The translations under genes and the position numbers were made by a program. Below, piece by piece: positions 11,956 to 25,270 of a stretch of 64,000 bases of DNA. The DNA is from Octopus sinensis. Taxonomy: Eukaryota. Numbering within the stretch: the first letter of the stretch is position 1; each line of letters starts with the position of its first letter. The stretch is taken from NCBI RefSeq assembly GCF_006345805.1, contig NC_043001.1, positions 9,610,001 to 9,674,000 on the forward strand, given 5' to 3'. The notes under the pieces are model-generated. The model did not search any database, had not been told where the DNA came from, and saw only the letters and a program-made list of their open reading frames with translations.

Positions 11956-12774
11956 CTGCGCCTTATATATATAGATATATACATATCAAAGTATATATAT
12001 ATACATATGTGTATATATATATGTATAATATGTTCCTGTCTATTTTTTATGTATATATATATTATTATTATTATATTATATTATATTATAGTATATTATA
12101 GTATATATACATACGCACATACATACATACACAGTCATATATGTCTATATATTAGTATGAAATGTGTGTGCGTGTGAGTGCATCCGCGTGCGCATGCGCT
12201 CGATTGTGCGTATGTACACTTGTGTATAATATATATATAATTACAAACACACACACACACACACACACAGCCACACACACACGTATTTTCCTATTTATGA
12301 TTTAATTGAGACACCGTGGGGAGATGAAAGACACAGTGAAGTCATCGTAGATTTTTCTATTTCAGAAACATGAAACAACGAAGTCATGAACTAATTTGCT
12401 TCTTGTCTTTCTCTGCCAATTCTTGTCTTGTTTTATTAATTTCATCTAATTTCGTATATATAAGAAGAAAAAAATAATAATAATAACTACAAATTACATT
12501 ACACCTAATTATATTATTGTTTTAAGGGCATTAGAAATTACCAGTCGATTAGAAAGTCAGGCGGTGTTAGGTGAGTGCTTACCCATTTCAGTACGATTTG
12601 CGCTAAGGTCAAATTTGCCTTTAATCTTATGAGGTTTAGAAGTTTGATAGTAATTCAGGGTGATTGCCGGTCTTGTTAAAGCATTGGACGTGATGGTTTG
12701 CGGTAGCTTTTCTAGGTCTTTCTCTAAGTGCAAGTTTTCCTTTAATTATTACCTAATTCATGGATAATAATTTT

Positions 12775-13305
12775 TTTCTACTATAGGAACATGGCCCGAA
12801 ATTTTGGCGGGAGGGGACCAGTCGATTAGATCGACCCCAGTACGTAACTGGTATTTAATTTATCGAACCTGAAAGGATGAAAAGCAAAGTCGGCCACGGC
12901 GGAATTTGAATTCGGAACGTAAAGACAGACGAAATACCTTCCTTCTTTACTACCCACTAAGGGCTAAACACAGAGAGGACAAACAAGGACAGACAAACGG
13001 ATTAAGTCGATTACATCGACCCCAGTGCGTAACTGGTACTTATTTAATCGACCCCGAAAGTATGAAAGGTAAAGTCGACCTCGACGGAATTTGAACTCAA
13101 AACGTACCTGCAGACGAAATACGGCTACGCATTTCGCCCGGCGTGCAAACGATTCTTATTTCTTTATTGCCCACAGGGGTTTAGTCGATTACATCGACCT
13201 CCAGTGCATAACTGGTACTTAATTTATCGACCCCGAAAGTATGAAAGGCAAATTTGAACTCAGAACGAAATACCGCTAAGCTTTTCGCTAACGTTTCTGC
13301 CAGCT
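12775..13305 (-). mobile_element. Three serially nested SINE family A copies
   Basis: Three bodies joined at tail-to-head junctions near 12938 and 13155. Confidence 0.85.
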
Positions 13306-13439
13306 CGCCGCCTTATATTAATAATATAGATTTCTATACTTGTGCAGGCTTTTTGAGAAGGTCGGCACTTCTCACTTTGTAATGTCATTTTTGTGTTCTG
13401 TGATTTAAAACACTAAACCTAATTACCGGGAAAGGAAGG

Positions 13440-13760
13440 CTCCCCCAATTGAGACTATCAGATGTTACTTCCAAGGGGACGTAACTAATAAAGATATTCT
13501 AGAGAGAGAGCCGACACAAAGCGATCTAGAGAAATCATCACAAAACGAAAATTGAAATAAGCAGGCCACATACTCCGATTAACAGAGATGCATCATTTTA
13601 AAACAGCTTTCAAATGGACAGCACCGGAGAGAAACAGGAGAAGATCGAAAACTACATGGCGCAGAACATTCAGAACCGATTAGAGAGACGGTTATCATAT
13701 TGGCCGGAGTCAAAGAAAACTGCAACCAATAAAAACCAGAGACGTCAACTTGTTCTCCAG
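13440..13760 (+). mobile_element. RTE-clade LINE 3' relic
   Basis: GDVTNKDILER..EIITKRKLK*AGHILRL..FKTAFKWTAP..RRRSKTTWRRTF, matching the RTE RT C-terminal tail. Confidence 0.7.
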
Positions 13761-13924
13761 TGTACTTGAGAGCACAGGGAAGGCTGAAACTGATACTGAC
13801 AAGAAAAATCCCTAGTCGAGATTAAGGGTCCTGGCTGCGGCAATATAACAGATCGGACACCAAATACATTTTCTAAAAAGCCAGAAATTTATTCCAAAAA
13901 AACAGAATCTATAACGTCTTTCTC

Positions 13925-14290
13925 CATTTTTCTTATACTCTTTTACTTGTTTCAGTCATTTTACTGCGACCACACTGGAGCATCGCCTTTAGTCGAGAAA
14001 ATTGACCCCAGGGCTTATTCTATCGGTCTGTTTTGTCGAATCGCTGAGTTACGGGGACGTAAAAGCGCGTTGTCAAGCGATGTTCGGGGACAAACTCAGA
14101 CACACAAGCACACACACTCACACATATATACATATATACGACGGGCTTCTTTCAGTTTCCGTCTACCAAATCCTCTCACAAGGCTTTGGTCGACCCGAGG
14201 CTATAGTAGAAGACACTTGCCCAAAGTGCCACTCAGTGGGACTGAACCCGGAACCATGTGGTTGGTAAGCAAGCTACTTACCACAAAGTG
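13925..14290 (-). mobile_element. SINE family B
   Basis: Near full-length family B head, CORE-like block and tail. Confidence 0.85.
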
Positions 14291-15109
14291 ACTCCTAAGA
14301 TATTTTTGTATAACCCCAGGCTAGCCAGCCAGTTCTGATGAAGATAAAGTAGATTGAATCATTCTGAATTCTAGGGCCAACTGGTGTAAACAACATGTTT
14401 CGGTCTTATTAGCGCTCCTTAATACACAATACTCTCCTCAGTTTGGCAACACATGGAAATAATTAGCATATAGAAAAGTAGAATTGAATACTATATAGAG
14501 AACTAGCGCTGTTTATGAATATCAAACAGACCTAGGGTCATAAGTATTCCCGCCGTGACCACCTTGTCATTTTAGAGATATCTTTAGAGAAATACATTAT
14601 CTCGCGTATCAAATCTTTAAGAGAGCACTGCGCTGTCTAATGCAGAAACGGACGCAATTTTTAGCAGTGGGGGTGGATCCACTGCGTGCAGGCTGAGAAG
14701 ATGCTTCGAAATCAGCCTTGAATCGTATCAGCGAAGTGAATTTATTTCAACTGGGAGATGAAGCTGTTCTTTTTTCTGTTTTTTCTCCTTTTGGTTTTTG
14801 TCTTTTTTTGGGTTTTTTTTTTAAACTTTATTCTTTGTGAACATCTCGTTTATTTGAACATATCACGAAGAGATCATTTATTAGTGGCAGTGGGTTCCAT
14901 GTCACTCCCATTAATCTTATTTCAATCCATAATGGAGTCAGAAGAACTGGAAGGAAGGATAGAAGGAAGGAAGGAAGGAAGGAAGGAAAATGAGGAAGTA
15001 GAGGCAGAAAAGAGGAGAGGAATGTGAGGGAGAGAGGGAGGAGGAACTGAAGACAGAAAGGAATGTACTATAAAATTTAGATAACATGAAAAATAGATAC
15101 ATAGAGTGT

Positions 15110-15510
15110 AAATAGAGATAAATAGATAGAGATAGATAGATAGATAGATAGATAGATACATACATACATGCATACATACATGCATGCATACATGCATACA
15201 TACATATATACATACATACATACATACATACATACATGCATGCATACATACATACATACATACATACGTACATATATGCATACCTACATACATGCATGCA
15301 TGCATGCATACATACATACATACATACATACATACATACATACATACATGCATGCATGCATGCATACATACATACATACATACATACATACATACATACA
15401 TGCATACATGCATGCATACATACATACATACATTGATATATATATATAGGTAGATAGATAGATAGATAGATACAGATGTAGATAAATAAATAGACAGACA
15501 GAACAGCAAA

Positions 15511-15594
<84 letters not shown>

Positions 15595-15625
15595 ACAGAC
15601 AGATAGATATGTAGATAGATAGATA
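15110..15625. repeat. Compound (GATA)n-(CATA/CATG)n-(GATA)n microsatellite
   Basis: Direct reading. It is the source of several spurious long ORFs. Confidence 0.95.
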
Positions 15626-16078
15626 GAAAGATGGAAAGCGAAGGCAGATATCCGGCGCTAAACGAGCGTAGGGATGGCATTGTGCTAGAGGACGAAATAG
15701 ATTTGGTAATAGCAGACTCAAGAAATCAATCAGCAAGAGTCGAAGAGTTCCAATTGACCTAATTACCACCTGCAAATCCAGCGGTAATGAAATTAATATA
15801 TTCAATCAACAGGTTGTGAATGCGCACACGCGAACGTTTATGTATGCGTGCGCATACACGCGCGTCTGTGTGGTGTGTCTTTGTGTATGTGTCTGTGTGT
15901 GTGTGTGTGGGCGTGTGCGTGCGTGGGTGAATGCGTATGTGTGTGTGTGTTGATGAGGAGTCACGATTTTATCGCGAATAATTGGGAATTTAGATCAGTT
16001 TCACTTAGTGTTAATTATTCATGGAAAATTGTGTAAAACAACGGTATGTGTGTATGTGCATACGTATATATATATATA

Positions 16079-16511
16079 CTAGCAGCATAGCCCGGCGTTG
16101 CCCGGGTATGTAAGAGCTCCTAGTAGGCAACGACTAATCTCAATCTAGTCCTTTCCCTCTAGGGAACGAAGGCGCATGTGTAGGTTGCAATGTCTTCTCT
16201 TCACTCGAATACTTCTGTGTATACGATGTTCCTAGCTGTCCCTTTGGGCGATAAAAAGGTCGAGTTGTGTCCCCTAGACAGAAAATGTGTTGCATATAAA
16301 AAGCTTAGATTCTCGACCCCATGTCGAATTTATCGATTTTTTCAGAACTGGGGGAACTTTTCAAAATTTTCACTGCGTTAGTTTTGAATTATGACATTGG
16401 GCTATGTGTGTGTCAAGTTTCATCAGAAACGGTTGAAAGCCGTGGTCAGGGTGAGGGTACAACCTGACAGACACACAGACACACAGACAGACAAACTGCC
16501 GTTTATATAGA
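16079..16511 (-). mobile_element. Complete non-autonomous Helitron (433 bp) inserted at A|T
   Basis: Minus strand A|TCTATATAAACGGCAG...ACCCGGGCAACGCCGGGCTATGCTGCTAG|T: TC start, subterminal hairpin, CTAG end, no TSD. Confidence 0.88.
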
Positions 16512-16549
16512 TATATATATATATATGTGTGTTGTGTGTGTGTGTACAT

Positions 16550-16720
16550 GTGTGGTATGTATATGTGGTTGTTTGGTAAGTAGCTTGCTTACCAACTACA
16601 TGGTTCTGGGTTCAGATCCACTGCGTGGCATCTTGGGCGAGTGTCTTCTACTATAGCCTCGGGCCGACCAAAGCCTTGCGAGTGGATTTGCTAGACGGAA
16701 ACAGAAAGAAGCCTGTCATA

Positions 16721-16751
<31 letters not shown>

Positions 16752-17225
16752 GCGTGTGTGTGTGTGTGTGTGTGTGTCTTTATACGTGTGTTTGTCCCTC
16801 CAACATCGCTTGACAAACGATGCTGGTGTGTTTACGTCCCCGTAACTTAGCGGGTCAGCAAAAGAGAATATAGAATAAGTACTAGGCTTACGAAGAATAA
16901 GTCCTGAAACAGGCAAAAGAGTAAAAAGAGAGTAAAGAGCAAATCGACTCCAGGACTTATGGGGACGTAAACACACCAGCATCGGTTATCAAGCGATGTT
17001 GGGGGGACAAAGACAGACACACAAACATATGCACGCACACAAACATACATATATACATATATGTTCGATAGGCTTCTTTCAGTTTCCGTCTACCAGATCC
17101 ACTCACAAGGCTTTGGTTGGCCCGAGGCTATAGTAGAAGACACTTGCCCAAGATGCCACGCAGTGGGACCGAACTCAGAACCATGTGGTTCGTAAGCAAG
17201 CTACTTACTACACAGCCACTCCTAA
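16550..17225. mobile_element. Two SINE family B copies in inverted orientation (+16550-16925, -16950-17225)
   Basis: Plus copy TGGTAAGTAGCTTGCTTACC...GAGTAAAAGAG. Minus copy ends AAGCAAGCTACTTACTACACAGCCACTCC. Confidence 0.85.
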
Positions 17226-18071
17226 GCCTACACATATATATGTATATGTATGTATGTATATATTATGTACATACATATATATACATTATATATATATGTA
17301 TATATAATATATATATATATATATAGAAATACGTGTGTGTGTGTGTGTGTGTACAAAGGGAGAGTGAGGTGGGGCAGTGTCTTTGTGGACGAATATAATA
17401 TAAAATTAATATGGAGGATAATTTTCTTTCCAATTTTTTTGTTTAAACTTCTTGAATATTGTTTATTTGATTTCATTCCAATGTAATAAATATGAAAATT
17501 AGGCTTCATTTCATCACTGAACAAACACCATGAAATTTATGAAATGCTAGATTATAAATATTCCATGAATACCATATTTCTTGATATTACCGATGGTGGC
17601 AAAAGCATATTTGCAAAGACGCACGTCAGTGACGGGCAACAGTCTAGTGTAGATAAGGGTTAGGAACCATGATCTGTGGAACGTGTTGCGATTCACAACG
17701 TTGTGAGTTTGTATACAATGAAGGAGAACTTTACCCTTCGCTTTTTAATGGTCGACGAAAAATAAAAACAAAAACCTAATACCAATAGAGGGCGGTAAAT
17801 CTGCGGGACTTTTAAGAATGTCATAATGAATGGGTTGTGGTATTTGTTCCTGGACATTGGGTAGTGAGTTCAAATTCTCCTCTGGCCTACATGGGTGTAA
17901 GTGTTAATTTATCGTCCGGTTTGGTACCCCCATGTGGCCCGTTGAGCTCTTATTCTATTGCGACCATTTGGACCAGGGTTCCGATTGAAGGTTACTTTCC
18001 CCCCTCTCCGACTATCTCTTTCTCTTTCTCTCTCTCTCTCTTTCTTCCTCTCGATAGACAGACAGACAGAC

Positions 18072-18140
<69 letters not shown>

Positions 18141-18299
18141 CAAAACGCGCGCTACTACTCTGTTGATCCATCAACCAAAGATGCTAGGCTGCGCACAGTG
18201 GGGAACAGACCCCAAAAAGAAATATTTCACAAATGACATAGAACATTGTTTTCTGAAGACAGAGTTCTGACGTAACCTTTGATACTCGGGCCAAAACAA

Positions 18300-18317
18300 A
18301 GCAAACACCAATAGAAG

Positions 18318-18348
<31 letters not shown>

Positions 18349-18657
18349 ACGGTCGTGTGTCTGTGTGTTAAATGTCGTGTTCAGTATTTAATTTGATTTT
18401 TTTTTTCTTCTTACCACTTTGTTGCTTCCTCGTTCTTTTGTTATTTCTTCATTAAATTCATTCATGCATTCATTCCTATGATTTATCGCAGGCAGACAGA
18501 AATTATTTGGAAAGACTTATGGAAACTTATGGCTGTTGTTGATATAAACGAGTCACACACAGAAACGCTTCAATCGGCAACCATAAATCCATACGGCTAT
18601 AGAGACATATGCGCGCTTGGTATACGTGTGTATACATACATATATATATATATATAT

Positions 18658-18695
<38 letters not shown>

Positions 18696-18797
18696 TATAT
18701 ATATGTGGTGTGTGTATATGAATGCATACATATGTCAGTATAAAGAAGTATATATGTGCTGGTGGGTGTATATACATATATATATATACATATATAT

Positions 18798-18842
<45 letters not shown>

Positions 18843-19032
18843 TATATACACATATATATATATATGATATATATATATGTATATATATATATATACATAT
18901 ACATACATATATTGTATTCATACATATGTCTGTATAAAGCAGTTTATATGTGTTGGTGTGTGTGTAAGCATATATATATGCATTTATACATATATAATAT
19001 CTATACATATATATATACATACATATATATAT

Positions 19033-19066
<34 letters not shown>

Positions 19067-19205
19067 GTATGTATGTATGTATGTATATGCATATATATGT
19101 CTGTATAAAGAAGTAGGTGTGTATATATATATATATATATTGTGTGTGTGTGTGTGTGTGTGGTGTGTGTGAATGGAATTGAATTAATGTATGTAATGTA
19201 ATGTA
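18300..19205. repeat. Long, interrupted (TA)n/(TATG)n/(TG)n low-complexity region
   Basis: Direct reading. Confidence 0.9.
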
Positions 19206-19734
19206 AGTATGTATATTTATATATATTCACGCGCATGTGGACAACGTTGATGATAGGATGAAGTCTCAGCTCTGACATCATAATGACGACTACGATCACG
19301 GCAACGAGGCGTGACTGAGATTAACTGCGAAGAAGAATAGAGCGAAGTGGGAGTAGGAAGAGGGAGGAGAAGATGAAGGAGAGGGGAAAGTGGTAAGGGG
19401 AAGGTAATAGTTTCTTTATTTTGACACTCGAGTCATAAATCGTGAACGTTGTAAGATATATTCTATGAAATGCGTTATATATATATGGATGTCTGCATGT
19501 ACATACATGTATAGTGGATGTGTGGTACGTAGCTTGTTTCCCAACCACATTGTTCCGGGTTCAGTCCCACTGCGCGGCAGCCTGGGCAAGTATCTTCTAC
19601 TATAGTTGTGAGTGGATTTGGTAGACGGAAACTGAAAGAATCCGGTCGTGTATATATATTTTTTATTTTTTATTTATTTCATCTAGTTTCAGCTCACGAG
19701 CTGTGGGCATGCTGGGACACCGCCAAAATGTGAC

Positions 19735-19932
19735 CTTGTGTGTACCGTTGGCGCTTTTTTTCCTCTGTCTTCCCTTCTCGGGATCTTTCCTTCTCCTATG
19801 TTTCCGACGAAGAGCTCTGCTCGAAACGTTAAAACCTCCTTCTTCCTTCTTTCCTGAGCGTCCAATAATACTATATTTGTTCCACGTCCTCGCGTTGTTG
19901 TGTTTTTTTGTGTTTTCTTGTTTGGATTAACT
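19735..19932 (+). mobile_element. Family P1 element; hammerhead core mutated (CCGACGA)
   Basis: TTTCCGACGAAGAGCTCTGCTCGAAACGTTAAAAC at 19801-19835. Same ends as the other P1 copies. Confidence 0.75.
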
Positions 19933-19936
19933 AATA

Positions 19937-19978
<42 letters not shown>

Positions 19979-19980
19979 AG

Positions 19981-20011
<31 letters not shown>

Positions 20012-20064
20012 ATATATATAATATATATTATATATATATATATATATAGATATAATATATATAA

Positions 20065-21390
20065 TATATAACTGAATGTGTTGTGTCTGTCTGTCTGTGT
20101 GGTTCCTAAAACTTGAGAACTACACAACCAATTTCATTCAAATTTTACACATGCCTTACTTAGGGTCCATGTAGTTTTATGGGCAAAAAAATGTTCAACT
20201 TCTTACCTAGAGCGAGCCCATAGCAATATCATATTTTCTCCACTATTTCAGTATTACGTGGTAAAAGTGAAACAAAAGCATTTCTCTATTTTATGTCAGA
20301 TTCTTTCGCTTTAACAATAAAATAATAATAACAATTGAATTATATGTAGTAAGTAATAATTAAAAGTAATAATTAAAATACTAAAGTATAATATAATCGT
20401 AACATAAAAAAAAGTAAATATAGCAATTGGTATAAAATTGCATCAATGACTTGAACTTGAATCAGTGGTTTCACATGAATGGGAATAAATAAAAGATAAA
20501 ATTTAAGTTCAGAAATGGAATAGTCCAGATGGAGGAGTGCACTGCTTTTACATTAGATTATTTGCTAATTAGCTAGCATTAAGTATCTATATGAAGTTTG
20601 GCTGTATGTAATGTCTGTTTTCTCGAAAGATGCTTCTACTGAGTACCTGATATTATGCTGTCAGAGTCAGACGTTGTTTTTGTGTGAAAGAGTGAAAAAA
20701 AGTGAAAAATTGTAGAAAGAGACGAAACAGGATCGAATCGCGCGAGGCGCTTGTCGCTGCGTGTCGTTACTTTTTATAGAAGGAGCGTTGACCCTCAGTC
20801 ATGGAGACTTACGCGAGGGTCACCGCAACGAAGAATGGCGCGTCGCTTGTCGTCTATAAAGTATACAATGTAGAGAAAAAAGAAGATTTGAACACATGGA
20901 GGAAAGCACCTTCGAAAGTGACTTGGTGTGACTATGAAAGATATCTAATCAGAAGCGGTAAATTCGCCACAATAGAAGCAAGGTTCGAGTCAACGGAGCG
21001 TGCAAGGGAGTACTCGACTCGAACTTGCAAAGTGGAAATATTTTATTTTTACCTTTATATCTGGGACGTAGGACGTCAAGGAAAAAAATTTAAATGCCCC
21101 CACCCCCCAGCCCCCCGAAGTAGAAGTAGGCTGGATTGTTGCCACACTTCTATACAAGAGGGAGGACAAGATTCAATTGATCGAAATTACAAGAGACGGG
21201 CTTACAATTCCAGTCTGTTATATATTTTGAGTATTGTTATCACTAGCGATATCAAGATATAACTTTGTATTTTGTATTTTATGTGTAGATGTATTTAAAT
21301 ATAGATGTACATGTAATATGTACACATATATATACACATATATACATGCACTAGCACTATGACCCGGCAACGACGGGTCTTCAATGCTAG
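20065..21390 (+). mobile_element. ~1.3-kb Helitron-like element with unique internal cargo
   Basis: The first ~250 bp match the 5' part of the element at 5986-6469. The right end is GACCCGGCAACGACGGGTC-TTCAATG-CTAG|T. Linkage of the two ends is inferred. Confidence 0.55.
20801..21262 (+). CDS. Hypothetical 153-aa ORF inside the Helitron-like element; no recognised domain
   Basis: ATG-initiated and not microsatellite-derived. Preceded by a CpG-rich stretch and TTTTATAG. No homology recognised. Confidence 0.2.
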   Translation: METYARVTATKNGASLVVYKVYNVEKKEDLNTWRKAPSKVTWCDYERYLIRSGKFATIEARFESTERAREYSTRTCKVEIFYFYLYIWDVGRQGKKFKCPHPPAPRSRSRLDCCHTSIQEGGQDSIDRNYKRRAYNSSLLYILSIVITSDIKI

Positions 21391-22198
21391 TATATATATA
21401 TTTGTATGCATGTATATATATATGTATGTATATGTATATGTTTGTGTGTCTGTGTTTTGTCTATCGGCCTCTTACAATTATCAAGCTTGCCACATGTGAA
21501 GGCTGGTATTCATCTCCAGCATGAATGTGTGTGTGTCTGTTTGTGTATGTGAGTGTCTGTGTGTGTGTACGTATGTATGTATGTACCCGAATTCCAATCA
21601 AATATCAAACATAATTTGTCCATAATTTCAATTTGAATAATTAAAAAATGTATACTCTCGTATGTAGTTAGGTAGGTAAGTAGGTAGGTATAGATATTTT
21701 CATATATGTATGTTTAGAGAGTGATCTTTCGTTTTATGGACATAAAATGGCGGACAAAAACGTAGAAGAAAGTGGAATGGAATGAATGAAAATGAAATAA
21801 AAACGATATAATCATTAACAACTCGGCAATGAGTAAATGTTGTCAATAAAATGAAACAAAATTTTTGTTTTCTGTGCAAATGATAGTTATTCTTGTTTAA
21901 ATGTTGAAGGCTTATTCTTCACCATTGAAGAAACAACTAAACGTGGAAAACCCAACATACCAGTAAGAATTGTGTAGGATCTAATTGATCTTCAGGATCT
22001 CAGTGAAAGGGATTATCTGCTATGGAATATTTGCTGCATATCTAACGATATTCAATTAACTATTGAGCTGGTTGTATCGCTGGGATTATTGTCAATGTGC
22101 AGCAATAAGCCGATACGTTTTGTTCACTTTCACACATAAAACGGGTTCCCTTTCCGTTTTATTTTCTTTGACGATCATTAACGATTATGTTGTTCTTT

Positions 22199-22298
22199 NN
22201 NNNNNNNNNNNNNNNNNNNNNNNNNNNNNNNNNNNNNNNNNNNNNNNNNNNNNNNNNNNNNNNNNNNNNNNNNNNNNNNNNNNNNNNNNNNNNNNNNN
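22199..22298. other. Assembly gap (100 N)
   Basis: Run of N. Confidence 1.
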
Positions 22299-22404
22299 TT
22301 GATGCATCTGATCTCATGTATTGCTTTTTCTTCGCTTTTTTCGATACCATCATGGCCTCGCTCTAACTTCCATACCTAACTCGCGTAGCAACCACACTGT
22401 GCTT

Positions 22405-22806
22405 TACAGATAGAGACAGCGAAGTCTTAATTGAGAAAGAAAACAAACTATACTGGATCATAGATATAGCATGCGCAGCTGACAACAAGATATGCGATAA
22501 GGAAGAAAGAAAAGTCGAGATATATGACAGGTTAGCTTGAGAAGTTAAGCAGTTGTGGCCGATGAAAAAGGTAGCAGTAGTAGCCATAATTGTCGGAGCC
22601 CTGGGAACAGTGAGCAAAAATCTGGAGAAGTACGTGGAACAAATAGGGGCTGCAATAAGGGTGGAGCACTTGCAGAAAACAGCACTGCTCGGAAACGCTT
22701 GAATACTCCGGAAGGTGCTCGAAAAATAAGAGGTGTTACCTTAGTTCACTGGTAGTGAACAGCTGACACTGCAGTACATCTTCAGCGTTAGAAGCTGTGC
22801 AAATGC
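22405..22806 (+). mobile_element. R4/Dong-clade non-LTR retrotransposon 3' relic (RLE endonuclease) ending in (TAA)n
   Basis: VLIEKENKLYWIIDIACAADNKICDKEERKVEIYD..VKQLWPMKKVAVVAIIVGALG..LQKTALLGNA*ILRKVLEK*, then a short 3' UTR and AATAATAAT. Confidence 0.85.
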
Positions 22807-22847
22807 AATAATAATAATAATTATTATTTATTATTATAATAACAATG

Positions 22848-23060
22848 GTTTCAAATTTTGCCTCAAGTGCCGCCATTTTGGGGGTAGATGAGGATGAGTC
22901 GATTACATCGACTTCAGTACTTAATTTGCTTAATTTATCGACCCAAAAAGACGAAAGGTAAAGTCGATCTTGGTGGAATTTGAACACAGAACGTAGCGGC
23001 AGGCGAAATACCGCTAAGCATTTCTCCCGGCGTGCTAACGATTCTGCCAGTTCGCCGCCT
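22848..23060 (-). mobile_element. SINE family A (A2 tail)
   Basis: Head at 23060, body, and A2 tail. Confidence 0.85.
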
Positions 23061-23094
23061 TGTTAATAATAATAATAATTATTATTATTATTAT

Positions 23095-23792
23095 TTCTAT
23101 GTTTGACTTTTGCTTTATGTCTGTACAAGTTGGCTCCAAGTCTCACCCAGGAATCAAGGGACAACACAGTTGGAAGTTTCTGTGCCATATATTTGGGTTT
23201 TTTTTTTCTTTTTTCTTTTTTTTCTCTCTTCTTTTTTTTGGGTCTGTACTAGTGAATGTCTAATACATAAAAATAATAAATAAATAAATAAAAAAAAGAA
23301 ATAAAATAAATAAATAACTCATAAAAAAAAGTTGTTTTAACTTTGGGATTACATAGAAGTATTTGCGTAGGATATGAGCAGTTCCCATGAGCACTATCTT
23401 TGAATTCTGCCATTTTTGGGGTAGCTATCAGCCCTTTTGCTATCATTCCAGGGCACCTATGACAACAGGTATTGTTTTAGTCTTCAGCTTCCCACATTTT
23501 GCTGATTTCTATTTCAAGATTCCTTATATTTACTCCGTTTTTGGTAGGTCTTGACAGATACTTTATATCGATTGGACAGTCATATCAATGAGGAGGCATG
23601 TTCTTTGTTTGAAGTCTTTCAATATGATGTCTGGCCTATTTGCATCTATCTTCTGTCAGTTTGAATGGTGAAGTTCCAGAGGAGTGAGATGTGGTCATTT
23701 CAAGGCACTGGAGGTGGATTGTGTTCCCACCAGTTTTTTTCATGAGGCAAATCCAGGTTTTTGCAAATTACCAGTGAATATATTGTGCAGCT
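23095..23792 (-). mobile_element. R4/Dong-clade 3' relic (second family) between TAA tracts
   Basis: With frameshifts it reads AAQYIHW.ICKNLDLPHEKNWWEH..ISLLWNFTIQTDR.IDANRPDIILKDFKQRTCLLIDMT..LEIEISKMW..IPVVIGALG..IVLMGTAHILRK. The 3' UTR ends CAAAAGTCAAACATAG-AATAAT. Confidence 0.9.
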
Positions 23793-23794
23793 TA

Positions 23795-23795
23795 A

Positions 23796-23854
<59 letters not shown>

Positions 23855-23978
23855 TATTATTATTATTGTTATTATTATTATTATTATTGTTATTATTATT
23901 ATTTTTTATTATTATTTTATTATTATATTATTATTATTATTGTTATTATTATTATTATTGTTATTATTATTATTATTA

Positions 23979-24029
<51 letters not shown>

Positions 24030-24127
24030 TATTATTATTATCATCATTTACTACGAGGGCAGATTGAGGGAATTATGTTAGTGATACTTGTAATGGTGGT
24101 AATGACAATGAGAATGATGATGATAGC

Positions 24128-24178
<51 letters not shown>

Positions 24179-24195
24179 TAGAATAATAATAATAA
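23795..24195. repeat. (ATT)n then (AAT)n microsatellites
   Basis: Direct reading. Confidence 0.9.
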
Positions 24196-24277
24196 TTTCT
24201 ACAAAAGGCACAAGGCCCGAAATTTCGGAGAAGCGATTACGTTGATTGCATCGACGTCAGTGCGTAACTGGTAGAAG

Positions 24278-25270
24278 TGGTTGTAAAAGCCTCGAAAACC
24301 TGCTCAGAAACGTCCAGCTTTCTGAGAGATCAATACTTGTCAGAAATCTGTTCGATTTCTCTGATGTGCCAGTGTGGACATGGAGCAATCACAATGGGTC
24401 GCCCAGGTCGTATCTAGATAGAGTATTTGTTAGGTCAGCTGATAAGGATAGTATAGGGTGTCCACAATTCAAATTGGTCGGCTACACAGACCACAAATTG
24501 TGATTTGCACAGTCGATTTAGATAGGACCCGGTTACTGGAAGTTGAACGCGTCCTTTCCGGCGCGCAAAGACTACAGGGACCAGATAAGCGAACTAGTTA
24601 AAAGGTAGTTGATGGAAGTAATCGTTAAGAACTGGTGGTGGATAGTCCTGAAGCGGGCGATTAGAACCGAATCAAGAGAGTTTTGCAAAGTGTTAGCAAT
24701 AGAAAGAAACAGAGAACTAATTAGCCAACTAGAAGAGATGGTTAGTAAAGGCATCACGACTGACGTGTTAGCGGCGAGAATGGCTCTTGACAATTTCTTT
24801 GAGGCGAAACACGAAGGTTGCGTTGTCAGGGCTAAGGGCCGTGCGCTAAAACTTGAGGGAACTAAAGCCGTCCAATGGGTTCGAACGGTAGAGACGCGAC
24901 GTGGAAACAAAACCATGATCGGGTCTTTGACGGATCGAGACGGGCGCTTGTTACATGATTCTGAATAAATATGTGCAGCTTTTCAGCAGCACTTCGAGCC
25001 ACTATTTTGAAGGGCGAAGGGTCAACGACGGTAATGGATTTTAGTTTCACTTGAAAAGGAAAGTGAGGGTGGAGAGGGAGGTACTGTGCCTCGAGTGAAT
25101 TTATGAAATGGTGGGTGAAAGTTGCGAAAATGGCAAGAGTGGGTGGTACTGCTCTCAGTGTAGACCTATGAGTAGGACGAAAGGAGTTGGAAAAGGCATT
25201 CAGGATGGTGGGGGTTCCTCGCTCATCCCTAGGGGTCCTCCTGTATCAGGAGCCCCCCTCCACCACCTCC
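24278..25270 (+). mobile_element. Tx1/L1-clade LINE ORF2 relic (APE C-half and linker)
   Basis: WTWSN..SYLDRVFV..YTDHKL, then YWKLNASF, then WWIVLKRAIR..EGCVVRAK..IGSLTD. Degenerate and internally deleted. Confidence 0.8.

Noticed and set aside
14385-14445. Minus-strand CTGAGGA...CGAAACATGTT hammerhead-like motif
   Set aside because: Stems I and II do not pair convincingly.
17600-17810. Promoter-like cluster (TGACG half-sites, CCAAT, GGGCGG)
   Set aside because: Short motifs with no associated gene or transcript evidence.
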